Source: the human T2T-CHM13v2.0 reference genome, Homo sapiens. Taken from it: a stretch of DNA of 64,000 nucleotides. Below, one piece after another: positions 31,016-44,992 of the stretch. Location: NCBI RefSeq assembly GCF_009914755.1, contig NC_060926.1, one strand, 5' to 3'. The notes beneath the pieces were generated by a model. The model did not search any database and had not been told where the DNA came from. It saw only the letters and a list, made by a program, of their open reading frames with translations. How positions within the stretch are numbered: position 1 is the stretch's first letter; every line of letters starts with the position of its first letter. A program made the translations under genes and the position numbers.

Positions 31016-32740
31016 ACACATGTCATTACCAAAATTCTAGAGCAAATCAATTGTACTTGATAGCTAATCTTTAAATATACTTTTTATTAATGACTATGGC
31101 AATTTACAAAGTGCCCTAAATTTACAGAATAATCAGGATATCCAAAAGTACTTTAGTAGGGTGCAGTATTTAATATTCAGCGTTTCAGACTCTCTGAGAC
31201 CTGTACAGACACAGTGATTCCAATCTCTGTTCATGTCAGGCACTGTCATGTACTTACACAGTGTACAGTGTAATTTGGGAAGACCTACAGCACTGTAACC
31301 CCATATTCTCACAGGTGCCCAGCTTAAGCCACTGCATTGTCTGATGGCATCTTCCTAAGAATGTCTTAAAGGCATTTACAAAAATACTTCTTGCTACATT
31401 TTTTAACTTGTGTCTTTACTTTCTGTGTAATAGATTTAGAATGAATACTATGGGAAATGGTAGCTGCTGCACAAAGACTACAGGGAAATGAAAGATTTTT
31501 CTTTCAAACCTACTGAAAAACCAGTTCAAATTTCCATGTCACTTTAAGAAGATTATTGAATATATATAAAATAATACTTAGGGGACTCAGGTTATATTTT
31601 AGACTGTGTGTCCTTTGGGCACACCTCTGAACCTGTATGAACCTCACTTCTTTTCTTGCTAAATAAGGAGAAGTGTTAGTCCAATGTTGTCCTCGTTTAT
31701 ATCATTCACATAAATCTCAATTGTGATAATTTCTGTCGAGATATTTGGGGCAGCGTAAAGGCTGAAGATGAGGGAGTATTGATGAGTAAGAGGGAAAAAA
31801 GGAGGCAGAGAAGATGTAAGTGTGGAAAAAGAAGAATGGGGAAAAGAAAAAAGAGGACAAGGAAAAGGAGGATAAAATAATGAGCATGCATGCTCGTGGA
31901 AGCTATGACACAGCATGAGAGCAAATACAGGCTGTGACATAGGAGACATAAAGATTTCATGAACACTGCCCAATTTTAACAGTGGGTAAGAAACACAATT
32001 TTCCAAACATCCTTTGAGAATGTAAAGTTTATGATGGTTTTAATGTGATGTTCTAAATCATAACTTTTTGCCATTAAGCAAATGTTGCATGATAATGTGG
32101 TGACTTTATACCTTTCTTGTTTAATCGCCTAAATCTGGGCACTTGGATATCTCTATGTACATGAGGTGCATCACTCTACAAAGTCTTTAGAGATGCTGGA
32201 CACTCAGAACAGACAAATCCTTGCTGTGTTCTTTAACAGTGATAAAAGAAACATTGGAAGCAATGGGATCAGGGGAATTAGAGGAAATGCTCATTAAAAT
32301 GAATTTAAAAGGTCTAATGATTAAAATATTGATTAATTAGCCAAACATCGATTAGCAGTCACACTTTATCAACTACAAAGTTTATAATTACTGCACCATT
32401 ATTCCATAGATTGACCTGTTCTTTCCTGTCACTTATGATGAAGAACAATTTTTATTAAGTGGGTTTTGGATTTTTGACCTGTAAAATTTTAATAGGGAGT
32501 ATGAAGTGGGTGTCATGTGTGGTTTGGCATTATATTCACCAAGGGACAGATAGTTACTGTCTCTACTTAACCAGAAGCGCAAGAGTGCAGGAGGGACACG
32601 AACACTAAAGGATTAAAATCTTACCATCTTTCCAATACAAAAAAAAGCTACAAGTTCATCCACTGAATGGGAAAAGGGGAAAATGTTTGCCCTTCTTGTT
32701 GTTCCATATAAAATGAATGATAAGAGAACTCTCAACCACA

Positions 32741-33328
32741 GTGTATAGATTACAGATTGGCCAGATTTGGAGAGACCTTATGAGTGATACAAAATAAAGG
32801 ATTTGTTACAGAGTTAATTTTATGCAATTTGGGAGCTGGTTAAACCATGTATAGAAGACTGTTGCTCCTGTATCTTGTACTGGGCATGATGTCAGCAAAG
32901 TAAACAGCTGGGAATTAATAATGAACAGGAAGTGGAGAAGAGCAAGGACAAACTGGAACTGGCACCTGTCTCTCGCTGCCTCCAACATCACTGATCCAGG
33001 TGACCTGATGCAGTCTTCACCTTGGTGCTGCCCATGCACATGATCCGGGATTCAGAGAAGCTAAAAGAGGAGATCCTATGGGAGCTGCTAGAGTTGCTGG
33101 TGGCCCAGTTACTGCCCCACACCAATGGGGCGAGTCAGCAGATCAGGGCAATGTGTGAACTGCAACAATCATTCCCAAAGTAGAAATGGTTGCTCCTTTA
33201 CTTCTGTCTTCCAAATCTTGTGTGCAAATTATTATCATGGTCAACCCTAACTCACCACCATCAAAAAAGGCAGTTCTGGGAAACAAAGCTCTAGCTTAAC
33301 TCAGCTGGCACAGTGCAAAGCCATCACA
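32741..33328 (-). mobile_element. Old ERVL-type solo LTR
   Basis: Minus strand starts tgtgatggctttgcactgtgccagctgagttaagctagagctttgtttcccagaa, like ERVL LTR 5' ends; ggatttgttacagag...atgcaatttgggagctgg near the other end. Confidence 0.55.
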
Positions 33329-36300
33329 AAAAGCAAAAAGGATTCCAACCTGCAGTTCCATAGACACCAGCAGCTGAGCCTATGGGGATGTATCGATACA
33401 AGAACAGACATCAAGTGACAGTGGTCTACCACTGAACCAACAAACTTCCTTTTCTAGCAAGAATATTTTTTTACAGATGTGAAGCAGGCAGACAGAACTA
33501 AAACATGATTCACGCCAGGCCAGTGAAAATACTCCATTTTTAATATTTCAACTGGGCAATTTCTGGACATCTTGCAAGGAGGATCCTGTTGATCTCAATA
33601 ACTGTCTATTTAAATTTGCTGAGGCAGGGCTTATGTCTTGATTCACCAAAAGAAAAGGCCAATACGCCACGCAGGGTTACAAGCTCAATATAACTGTCTG
33701 GAAGTGCTGCTCCAGGTTTACCCCTGATGAGATCAGCTCTAAGGCCAGAAAGCAGATTTACAGCATGAACATAAATGAGCAGGGGGCACACCTTTTTGAT
33801 CATACATATGCCTGACAGGCAAAATGTGCTTACGACCTTATAGTCAAATAAGTAACAGCACATAAGCTCCTTGAGGTCTGTGGAAAATGACATCCTGAAG
33901 ACAATTCAGAGCAGAGCATTAGGCTGACGAGACCAATAACCATAGTCAGAAAAGGGCCAGTATCGAGGAGGTTGTGCTCGGTGTATGCCTCGCAGGGAAG
34001 AGACTCGTACAGACTTGGCTGCTGGGTCCTACTGAGGGACCATGTTTTAGAAACAGCTGGCTTATTCAGAAGCAGTTGAAAGGAGGACTGGCATTATGCC
34101 CAGATAAGAAATGCCTTACCTGCTTCCGCATGTGAGGAGGCAAGAAATCCGGAGAAAACATACTGCAAGCCTATAAGCCAAGTGAATCAGCTCGTGTTCT
34201 GAAGAGTCCCTGATATTTTCACCATTTTATGTATCTCAATGTGGAATAGCACCCAGGAAGGGAGGTTCTTTCTCTACTAGACATTTTATTAATCTCTTGT
34301 AATTTACATAATAAATTTTGTCCATTAGTAATCCAAGACTAAAAAAAAAATGAAAGGAAGCATTTAGGAAATCAACTGGATAACTCTGGTCTTAATTTTT
34401 TCAAAATTCTTTGGGCAATTCAGTTAAGGTTTTTTCTGAACCTGAATTAAGATTTCCTATTCCTGACTATTTAGATTTGCATATATGGCAAATATAATAA
34501 GATGTGTAAGTAAATGTTTACTCCACATTGTATTACATGGAGCAAGTCTAAATATTAATAGATGAGCAGTTGCAACGTTACCTTACGGTGAAGGGTCATA
34601 GTACTTCCCCATTTTTGTGTGTGTGAAAATACGGAAACAGTATAAGAGAAGTAATATGGACTGCAAAATTTGAGGCTCCTTGTGGTATAATTTTTAGCCT
34701 AAATCAGGAAACAAATGAAGAAAAATCTTGATAACAATTCAAGAAGAATATAAAATATTGTATTATTATTTTTAAATATCTTGTTCCCATTTTACAATTG
34801 AGTTTTGTTCATGTTTATAAATTTGGAGAAATTCCTTGTGTATTAAGACTATTAAACCTTGCTTTATCACATTTGTCATAACCATCTCTCTGGCTTCTCT
34901 TATATATTGGCAATGACCTCAAACATATTGATTTTTCCTTTTTGGCTCTTTGTGTAATTTTTATGCTTGGAAATGAGTCCTATTCAAGTAAAAGTCTTCC
35001 TACTTATAGAAAAAAGAGCGTAAAAACAGAGCAGAGAAAGACGGGGAGACAGACAGATACACACACACACAGAGAATATGAGAATGAATAATGTTTATGG
35101 CAACATATCCTTTGGTTTCCCCCAGAAAAGCATTCAAGAAATTCTCCATACATGATTGTTGTTTTGAAATAATCTTTTTCCCTCATGCTAAGACTTTTAA
35201 AGACATATTTAATATTTCATATACACATATGGCTATAAATTATAATGTATGATTTATAAATCATTCACATCATTGAAAATTGTTTGATATCTTCATTTAT
35301 GACTTAAAATTGTCAAATTTTTCTTTGTAATTCAGTTTATTTTTCTGTTACTTATTTTTAGGCTACATCATTAGCTGCATACAAATTCATGATTTTTATT
35401 CTTCTTGGGATGACCTTTTTTGTTTTTTTTTTCTGCATTCTTTAACTCTATTAATATGTTAGTTTTGCTTTTCTGTTTTGCCAATGTTACCACTGCCTCA
35501 TCAACTTTCTTTTGGTTATTGCATTGCTGGTCTACAATTTTCTTTTCAGTTGTATTACTGTATTGGATTTTTAAACTCCAATCTGACAGCTTCAGACTTT
35601 TAATTGGTGAGTCTAAGCCATTTACATTTATTATAATTGTTAAAATATTTGATCTAATAATAAAATATTATTATTTTATATTCTCAGCTTACCATGTTTT
35701 CTTTTATTCCATAATTTTCTCCTTTCCTTCCTTTCTTGGAAAAAAAAACTATTTTAATTTTTTTTCCTTAAAAGCTATTTGCCCCACTTCTATTACTTTA
35801 GTTGTTACTGTTAAATTTGCAACATATATGTAGAAAAAGTTATCTCTGAACCATGGTGGGGGAGTAACTTTGAATGCTTTATTGACTACAAATGTGTCTG
35901 AATTATTTTCGTACATTCTTTTCCTCTATTTAAAAAGAAAGTGTAATTTCTGTTTTTATAAAACACATCTTAGCTCTACAAATCAATGTCATTAATAGCT
36001 AAATAAAATTCTATGTTCTCATGAGTCTTATATTAAAGGAATTTAATGGAGTCAACCTGTGAAAGTGAGCTAAATAAGAATGAATCAGAGTCCGTTCTCA
36101 ACATTCTCAACTTATATTTATTTTATTTTGCCAGTATAGGTCATTCAATCTTAGAAAGCTAAATGATATTCAATATCTGGTACATAAAAGATTAATGCTA
36201 TTTTCGTTTTCATTTTTCCATTTTTTTGAAATCCATCTAAGTTTAGATTAGCTTATCAAAATATGAAGATGTTCATCTTTTAAATACTTTCATTGGCTTA

Positions 36301-36867
36301 AGCAATTGTTGAGGGGTCGTTTCACACCCAAACCATAATGTAAAACTTTTTATATATCCTGTGACAGAAGACTCTTGTTCTCATTGACGTATTTTAATGA
36401 CCAACTCATAAATCCCTCACTGAGACCCCTTATGTAGCTACCTCTATACCATTTGAAAAAAAATGGAAGGTATGGAATGCTTCTGGGTTTACTTTTAGCT
36501 CCAAAATAAATTGTATCAATGAATACATTTTAGACACCGTATTTTGAGGACTTTTGAGGCTTACCTTAAAGCCTAAAATAAACACATCATCAACCAAAGT
36601 TAATTTAAATACAGTTAAAATGTAAAACTGAGGTTTCTGTTGTCAATTGAGCCCTAGAATTTAGGATTGGCTTATATGTGAGATCAAAATTAGTGTGCTA
36701 TTTTAAAAACTTGGAATGAGATCTACATTTTTCTGAAATTGTATTTAAAATCAATTGCAACTATTTGTTTATTCCAAATAGGACAAATTATATAATAATT
36801 ATAAAACAACTTACATTATTCTATTACTAAAATATATTTTATAATTAAGAAATAAACTCATGTATAT

Positions 36868-37480
36868 ATTAGGACTTTAGGTTGTATGTAACAACAATTT
36901 AATTCATGTTTTAATTGAAGAAAAAAGAGAAATTTATTTTAGGGATACCATGACCTTCACGAAGCAAGCACAAAATAACAATTGCATTCAGGGACAAAAG
37001 TAGTATTAGGATTCTCCCTACATATCTGTCTTCCATGGTCTTTGGACATCTGATTTCTCCTTTCTTCTTTGCAGACCAGCTATCACTGCTCTTCCAGTCT
37101 TCCAAGCAGAGGACATGGCGAATGACTTCTCATTCATTGCACATGGTACAGCATCAAATTCCCAGAGAGAAACTGATTTTGCAGACATTTTTCTTTTTCT
37201 AAAATTCTGGGACAGTTCTTAATGGGTTCAGCTTCAGTAAGGTATCTACTGATGGATAGCTGTTTGTAGCCAGGGGACAGTAACTAGAGAATGGATTGAT
37301 TTGTCTTACTTGGATTAGGAACGCTTCCCTGAATCAATCAACTGTGGTCAGCAGTTGTGTGTCATCATACTACACGGTAGCTGACTACATTCAGATGAAA
37401 GAAGTGGAAAGATGGGGCTAGATTTCAAAGAAAGGGAGATACTTTCTCTACAAAATGGGATGGTGGCCATGCTGAATCAA
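36868..37480. mobile_element. Old MaLR/ERVL LTR fragment(s)
   Basis: ttaggactttaggttgtatgtaacaac...aaaaaagagaaatttatt start motif; a similar start recurs at ~37750-37820. Confidence 0.4.
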
Positions 37481-40400
37481 TAAAGTCAATTTAGTAGCAT
37501 CTATATACACACTTAAAAAAAGTGTTCTCCTTATGAACTAGTAAGGAAACACAGACATAAGTCTTGCTTAACTTTTTAAAAATTACAGTCTCATTGTAAC
37601 TTTTTAAAGAAAATATTTTTGAGCCCACATTTTTGATAAGATAGTGACTTAAATAAACCACTGTCATCTTCACAAGAAATAATTACTAGTTCCATTTTTT
37701 TTCTGAAGAGAAAACTGATACGACTTTGCCAAAGTTGCTCAATGAATTTGTTAGGATCTTTTGGTTGCAAGTGACGAACAACCCAATTCAAACAGAGTTA
37801 AGTAGAAAAGCGGATTTGTACAACCTCATTTTAACTTTTTAATGGACATTTATAGCAAGGAAATGAACTTGATTCAATGGGGGATGTGATATTGAATCCT
37901 TGGCAACTGGGAAGCCGCAGTAGGTAACAAATTCACCATCCTGAGCTAGGCAGAGTGAATGTGGGACCCAGCAACAAATCTGAGTAACAAAACGCTATAG
38001 AGATAAACAATGTAAAAACCAGGATAAAAATGTACAGTCTAACTTCCTGCTAAATTTGTCTCCTACTTGGAGAAAATGACAAGAAGCTCATCAATAAAAA
38101 TGATCTGGCAAGCTTCACTCTTTGAGTCTGGTTGAGGTTTTCAGAATTGAGATAGCACCCTCTTGGCATACCTTTGTATTTGCCTCAGCAACTCTCACAT
38201 CATGGAACAAAGAAACGTCCTGAGTGTTGCAGGGAGGGTTGGCTCTGCCTGAATCCTTTGAGAATCACCTTTGGCAGTGGCACAGTCGGCAGAAGGGTAG
38301 TGAAGACAGTAATGAAGAAATTAATACTTGCCAGGCCCTTAACATAGTCAATTAAAGTAAAAACAGTTGTTAGACTCACATTGAATCTATTGATGATAAT
38401 ATACATCTGGAAAATGGTTTAACGTTGTTAATACACAGGGAAGACATTATTTCATCTCCTTTGTTCCTTTCTAGTTAGATTAAAGCATATAGAAATATTC
38501 CTTCAACCATCAGCACCCTTCCATCAGAGGGCCTAAATGGATGAAGGGGGTCCTTATAGACTTGATTATACCCTGCTTGGCTCCAGCCTGTTCATCCCTA
38601 TTACGTCTGTGCAGCTAAGGACAGACACAGAGCTTAGGATCAAGGGTTCTCTGACATTGCAGATGTGTGCTCTGAGTGACCAATAAAATGCCACTGCCAG
38701 TAGCCTTGGCTTTTACAGCTATGCGGGGAAAGGAGGAAAACAAGATTAAGGGGAATTGAGAAGTTGTGACTCAGAGCCCCTTATATTTTCCAAAAAGGCC
38801 CACAAGTCTTTAAAATTAGAAATATACACATGTGTTCAGAACAAAACCATTCTTGCCAACATCAATGAAAGAAGTTTTGAAGGGACCGTACTTTGGCACT
38901 TGACTGAATACGACTGAATAATTTCAGGTGCTGATTTGTAAACTAACAACTTAAAAAAAAGCTCTTTGTTGCTTTACAAATGTGAAGTGGTGTGATTCCT
39001 CTGGGAATTCTGAGCAAGCAAATATTTTTGTTAGACATGACAGAATTTTCCAGGCATGTTATTATCACTAGTTTCAGTGCAAATCCTGAGAAGATCTCTT
39101 TTTTGCTTAGCATGTAACGGGCTTGGCAAAACATCCCGTCAGGGGTAAAGAAATCAGTCCTATTAATACGAGAATTATACACAAATCCCTAAGGCATGGA
39201 CGGGAGAGTAAACTTCATACTCTGCATATGCAGCAGCTATATTAACATGATAGATTTTCAATGCTCTACAAGCTCCATTACTGTGTTTTGGGCCAATAGT
39301 CCATGAATTTGAAGGATTTATACAATGGACCATAACAGCTCCTTAGGAACGATTATGTCCCATCAGATGAAAAAATGTCTTTTTAAAACATCCCTATTAA
39401 CCTGTTTGCTCCGTAGACCATAAGCCTTTGAAGGTTAAATTATATACATAGCAAAATGGGCCAAATCACCTCGTTTTGTGTTTTAAAATATATTTATGAT
39501 GAGAAAGCTCTCCAAAATGAGAGAATTGAAATCGTACCCAAGAGTATCATCAAATCAAGGTGATTTTTAAATGTGAGCAACAGGCACTACTTGCAATTTC
39601 TGCTAAGGAGAGAAATCTTGTTAATCCAGAGATAATAATATGTACCGATTTAGGTACTATTTACATTCACAATCATCTAAAAATAGCTCAAACAATTGAA
39701 TGCAACCTAAATAGTCAAATACCATGGGACAACAGCTCTCCAAACTTAGGTAGCCACAAAGAATTATAATAAAGACATAAGCTATAAAGTGAATGACAAA
39801 ATATTGTTAAAATACTTTATATGGCCGTGTGTGTTATCAATGATTGGAAAATAATATATGAGAAAAGTTAGATTACATGAAGTTTGAATTCTTGATATAA
39901 ATTTATTCTTTTCACAAATACTGTTGTATCTAGTATTTTGTGGAATGCATGCTAAGTATTTAATGCATCTTAGTTAATGTAGCAGTAGGGTCCAAATCAT
40001 TAATTTGATATATCTCTCACATAATAGGAACCTTGTGGTAATGCTGCTTTAGACCATAAAATGAACTATGAGGGGGAATTGCTGAGGACAAGTGTTTGAC
40101 GATCACAGCATTGTTATGTCTCCATGAGAGTCTGCAAATCAGCCTCTCACCTTAACTACCTAGAGCAAGTCCTGGTAGAGAAAGATGCTCTCGTTTCAAA
40201 GGTGAGAACTTGGAGTATATAGATATTTAAAATTTGGAGTATACAGAATAAATTATTCAATTAAAAACTTTTTAGAGCAGAATAGTGAGCAGTTTAATTC
40301 AGAGAAAATATAATGTGTTTTTCAACTTGAGTACCTTAGTGAATGATTTTCTGCTATTATTCGTGTTCTGTTTAATTCCTTTGAATTCCTGTTAGTGATG

Positions 40401-40577
40401 TCAATTATATTCCCAAACATTTTTGGAAAAGTGCCTTAAAATCTCTGGACGAGATGACAACATAAATCTAAAGTGGGATAGAAAATAAACATCTATGAAT
40501 GTATCCTAAATTGTCTTCTCTTTAGTGAATACACAGACTCAGAGCAGAAGTAGTCAGAAAGAATGAACAAGGTAATA

Positions 40578-40866
40578 GGCTGGGCACAATGGCTCATGCC
40601 TGCAATCCTAGCACTTTGGGAGGCCTAAGAGGGCAGATCACCTGAGGTCAGGACTTTGAGACCTGCCTAGCCAACGTGGTGAAACCCTATCTCTACTAAA
40701 AATACAAAAATTAACTGGGCTTGGTGGTGTGCACCCGTAATCCCAGCAACTCGGAAGGCTGAGGCAGGAGAATCACTTGAATCCAGGAGCTGGAGGCCAC
40801 TGCACTCCAGCCTGGGAGACAGAGTGAGATTCCATCTCAAAAATAAGTAAATAAATAAAAATAAGC
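40578..40866 (+). mobile_element. AluS (Sx-like) with right-arm deletion
   Basis: gatcacctgaggtcaggactttgagacc; right arm reads ggaggccactgcactcc, missing the ttgcagtgagccgagatcgc block; (taaa)n tail. Confidence 0.9.
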
Positions 40867-40904
40867 AAGAAAACAGAAAGGTTTATATTCTTTTGTATAT
40901 TAAT

Positions 40905-41365
40905 TAAAGTACTATTCACAATAGCAAAGACCTAGAATCAAACTAAATGCCCATTAATGATAGACTGGATAAAGAAAATGTGGTATATACATACCATGGA
41001 ACACTATGCAGCCATAAAAAATAATGAGATCATGTCCTTTGCAGCAACATGGATGGAGCTGGAGGCCATTATCCTTAGCAAACTAACACAGGAACAGAAA
41101 ACTAAGTACCACATATTCTCACTTTTAAGTGGAAGCTAAATGATGGGAACTAATAAACACAAAGAAGGAAACAACAGACATTGAGGTCCACTTGAGGCTG
41201 AAGGGTGGAAGGAGGAAGAGGAGCAGAAAAGATAAATATTGGGTCCTGTTTTAATACCTGGGTGATGAAATACCCTGTACAACAAACCCCCATGACACAA
41301 GTTTACCTCTGTGACAAACCTATACTTGTACCCTTGAACTTAAAATAAAAGTTTAAAAAAATCTG
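40905..41365 (+). mobile_element. 5'-truncated L1P (older L1PA) 3' end
   Basis: ORF 40957..41139 IDWIKKMWYIHTMEHYAAIK...TWMELEAIILSKLTQEQKTKYHIFSL is the L1 ORF2 C-terminus, followed by 3' UTR, aataaa and an A tract. Confidence 0.93.
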
Positions 41366-41868
41366 AAAACAATTTTTTTTAAATAAGTGAGATAAGAATC
41401 ACATCCTCTAGTTAAGACATTTCGGTTTTCTTACTTTAACATTAGTCTTCTGCACATTATGTATATCTATCAGCAGATAGAGAGTCGTATTAATTTATCA
41501 TGACTATCTTACTGTGCAATTCTCCTGTAGATATGGATCTGTAAATAAATTTACTTATAATATGGATTCTTTCTAATCTATATGCTATGACATCTCTTTA
41601 TGAACCTATCCATTATTAAATGTGTTGTGATAATTAGGAAGCCTACACATTTAAAGTGATCCTTACCTAACCTAAGTATAAATAACAAGTGCAATTGCCT
41701 TGTCTTTCCACATATTTCCCCCTAATGGTAGAGAGATTAAAACTGAAAAACCCAAATAATTTTTTTCCTTCTCTTTTTTGAACATGGCATGAAAGAGGCC
41801 CATTTTTAGTCAATTCAGCTTTTCCTTTTAAAGATATATGATGGGAGTGGGGTGGCTGAATTGCTATT

Positions 41869-42236
41869 TGATATGATTTGGCTGTGTCCCCAACCAAATC
41901 TCATCTTGAATTGTAGCTCCCATAATTCCCATGTGTCGTGGGAGGGACCCTGTGGGAAGTAATTGAATCCTGGGGGCAGGTTTTACCTGTGCTGTTCTCA
42001 TGATAGTAAACAAGTCTCACAGCATCTGATGGTTTTATAAAGGGGAACGTGTCCCCTGCACATGCTCTCTTTGCCTGCTGCCATGTAAAATATGACTTTG
42101 CTACTCCTTTGCCTTCCACCATGATTGTGAGGCCTCCCCAGCCATGTGGAACTGTGAGACAATTAAACCTCTTGCCCTTACAAATTACCCAGTCTTGGGT
42201 ATGTCTTTATTAGTAGCATGAAACCAGACTAACACA
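41869..42236 (+). mobile_element. THE1B solo LTR (MaLR)
   Basis: tgatatgatttggctgtgtcccc...aaatctcatcttgaattgtagctcccataattccc...cagactaacaca; perfect 5-bp TSD ctatt at 41864-41868 and 42237-42241. Confidence 0.92.
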
Positions 42237-42704
42237 CTATTGTAAAGACTGCTAAGATTATTGGCTGCCTCTGCGTCTTCTTCACTTTGAGCTAAAGGCT
42301 CCATCTCACAGCTTTGTAGGAAGATGCTCTCGAACACTCTGTCTCACTGGCCTTCTATAATCAGATCTTAGGAAGCATACCTGACGTATGGACAGGCAGA
42401 GCCACACGGGTAAAATGCTTTGTGGCTTATTCTGATTCCTAAGTTGTAGTTGGAGTTATGTGGAAATCGACGAGAGGAATTCTTTTCTCCTTCCTTGCTT
42501 TGGAGGCATCGTGTTTTCAAAAGGCAAGGACAAAATTAAATTGGATTTTATTTAAATCTGCTTCATGATATTGAGGTAATGTTATTTCATCTCCAAAATG
42601 ACCACCCATGCAATTAGGCGTCAGATTTTTCTAAATAATCCAGTTGTGGTATTTGACAAAGGAAATGCCCGTGGATAAAAAAATCATGAATATAAAATGG
42701 TATC

Positions 42705-42994
42705 TTTTTTTTAATAAGATTTTACTCTGTCACCCAATCTAGCATGCAGTAGCATGATAATAACTCACTGCAACCTTGAACTCCTGGGCTCAAGCAATCT
42801 TCCTCAATCAGCCTTCCATGTAGCTAGGACTACAGGTGCATGCCATCACACATAGGCATTTAATAATTCCTTTAAATTTTTAGTAGAAATGGGATCTCAC
42901 TGTGTTGTCCAGGCTAGTCTCAAACCCCTGGGCAATCCTCCCCACTCAGCCTCCCAAAGTGTTAAGATGACAAGCAGGAGCCACCAAGCCAGCC
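42705..42994 (-). mobile_element. AluJ (degraded)
   Basis: gaactcctgggctcaagcaatcttcct; TSD taaaat(g/t)gtatctttt. Confidence 0.88.
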
Positions 42995-44639
42995 CTAAAA
43001 TTGTATCTTTTGACATTAGACCTGACACAGCCTGCAAGGGGAAAGCTTCCATAGAACAGATTTCAATTTATTTTATTGTTTTATAATTCACTAATAGCAA
43101 TAATTTTTAATGAATTAATCTCCTGAAAGATATAACTAATATGGGAGTTTTGTGTACCTCCTACCAATTTTTGTCATAATTTTACTTCAATATTCAACTT
43201 TATTCAAGGACAATGATATTAAGGGTTTAATGCTAAATGCCTCTCAATTTTTATATTTCAGGCATTCAAGATTGTGACCTAATTTGAGCTCCATGCACCA
43301 GATCAACATATGGGTTGTGCAAAGCACTGCAGAGGATAACATATTAGGGGGAGAGCTAACCTTTCTTCCTCGTTTTCTCCCAGACAAAATCATGCATTGG
43401 TCACACTACTGAGCATTAGAACAACCTAATGTTGCCTTTGATGGGAGAAAGAATATCAGGTTCATTAATATTGTAAATAATATAATCAGTTGGGAATGAA
43501 ATGTGTCAACCATGCATTAAAAACATTTGCTTTTAAAATCTCTCCCAGCAACTACACACTTGATATTTGAAAATTACAATCACACATGCAGATCAAGGAA
43601 ACTCACTGGAGCAATTACCTATGCATGAATGATTTCAACTTTCTGGACACTAGTAAAAGTAAGACATCAAAAAAAACTAGTTTATCTTTTACTGTGGTGT
43701 GGAGATTGAGAGCTCAAGTCATGCCTGAAAACTGGCATTAGTGGTCTAGGTTAAGGTCATGTGTCAATCTCAATAATTTACAATAAGTAAAGTAAAATAA
43801 GAAGAAAAAAAGGAAGCAAAGGACAGAAGAAAAATGGAAAAAAGGAGAGAAGGAAAGAAAAAAGATGGAACCACTTCCCTTTCTTGATGACAGCCAGCAA
43901 TGAATTAGTCCAGGAGACTCTATAGCAGGTGCCAAAAAGCTGCTTGCACTTTTAAGAAACAGGTTGCAGAAATCATTGGAAGATAGCATCAGATCCCTGG
44001 TTGGAGCTACTTTCCAAACCAGAGTCTGAAGACATGGTGTGTACTCCAAAAGCATGCAAGTCCCTTATTCCATATGACAGGGTTATGCCAATCATGTTTA
44101 AGATTTCAGACACAGACTAGCTTGCATGAAAGAACAATTGTACAGACTTTCCTCCTTTTACTTTGGGTTAAAGTGGGGTGGGGCTTAAGGATGAGGAAGA
44201 AGAATTAAGGTAGACATATTGAGTCATTTGGAAAAGTACTGGTACAAATATCCTGTGACAAACTGCTCAATTGCAGAATTTAAGTTCACCGTGAAGCTTC
44301 CATAGCTGTGATTGCAAGTCATTGTAATAAAGCATAAATGATTTAAAAATACATGATAATGTTGATGCTGCAAGTATCAAGCCACCCAATAATTATTGCA
44401 GGCAGTCAATGCAGCTGAGTGTTTAAAAAACAGCAGTCACAACTTTACTCCAATTCCCTACAGTGTTACCTTGCTTCCTCCATGCTCTGAATGTTTTATC
44501 CTGCTAACTCCCAGGCCATTTCTATAAGGAGAAACACAGTAGATCTAAACAGATTATGCAATAAGTTAGGGCACTCTAATGGCTCAGTTAGGTTCAAAAA
44601 TGGATGAACCAATTTATTGTAAGATATTTTATCTGCTCA

Positions 44640-44992
44640 CTCAATTCTTGCTCCAGCCATATTTGTCTTCTTCAAACTTGAGGAGCTCACAACCTTCTCA
44701 GGGCTTTGTTCCTGCTTCTTTCTCTGACCTGTATGTTACCCTGTTAGGTCTCTTACTCATATTCCAATGACCCTCCCTCCTACTCAAACCTGTCACACCA
44801 TTCTCTTAGCCATGCTTTTTTTTTCCTGAATAGAACTTACTGTTCTTTGAATTTATCTTGTTTATTAATTTGTGTACTAGAATATGCATTATATGAGCTG
44901 GAACTTTATCTGTTTTGTTTACTGCTTTCATCCTCAGGATCTGGCATGTAGAAGACATGCAATCCATAAATGGTGAATAAATGAATTTACTT
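44640..44992 (+). mobile_element. L2 3' region
   Basis: ctcagggctttg...ctagaatatgcattatatgagctggaactttatctgttttgtttactgc...tgaataaatgaat. Confidence 0.7.

Noticed and set aside
35420-35833. 137-aa hydrophobic ORF as a membrane protein
   Set aside because: T-rich antisense old L1 sequence (ccatttacatttattataatt) produces Phe/Leu/Ile-rich ORFs by composition
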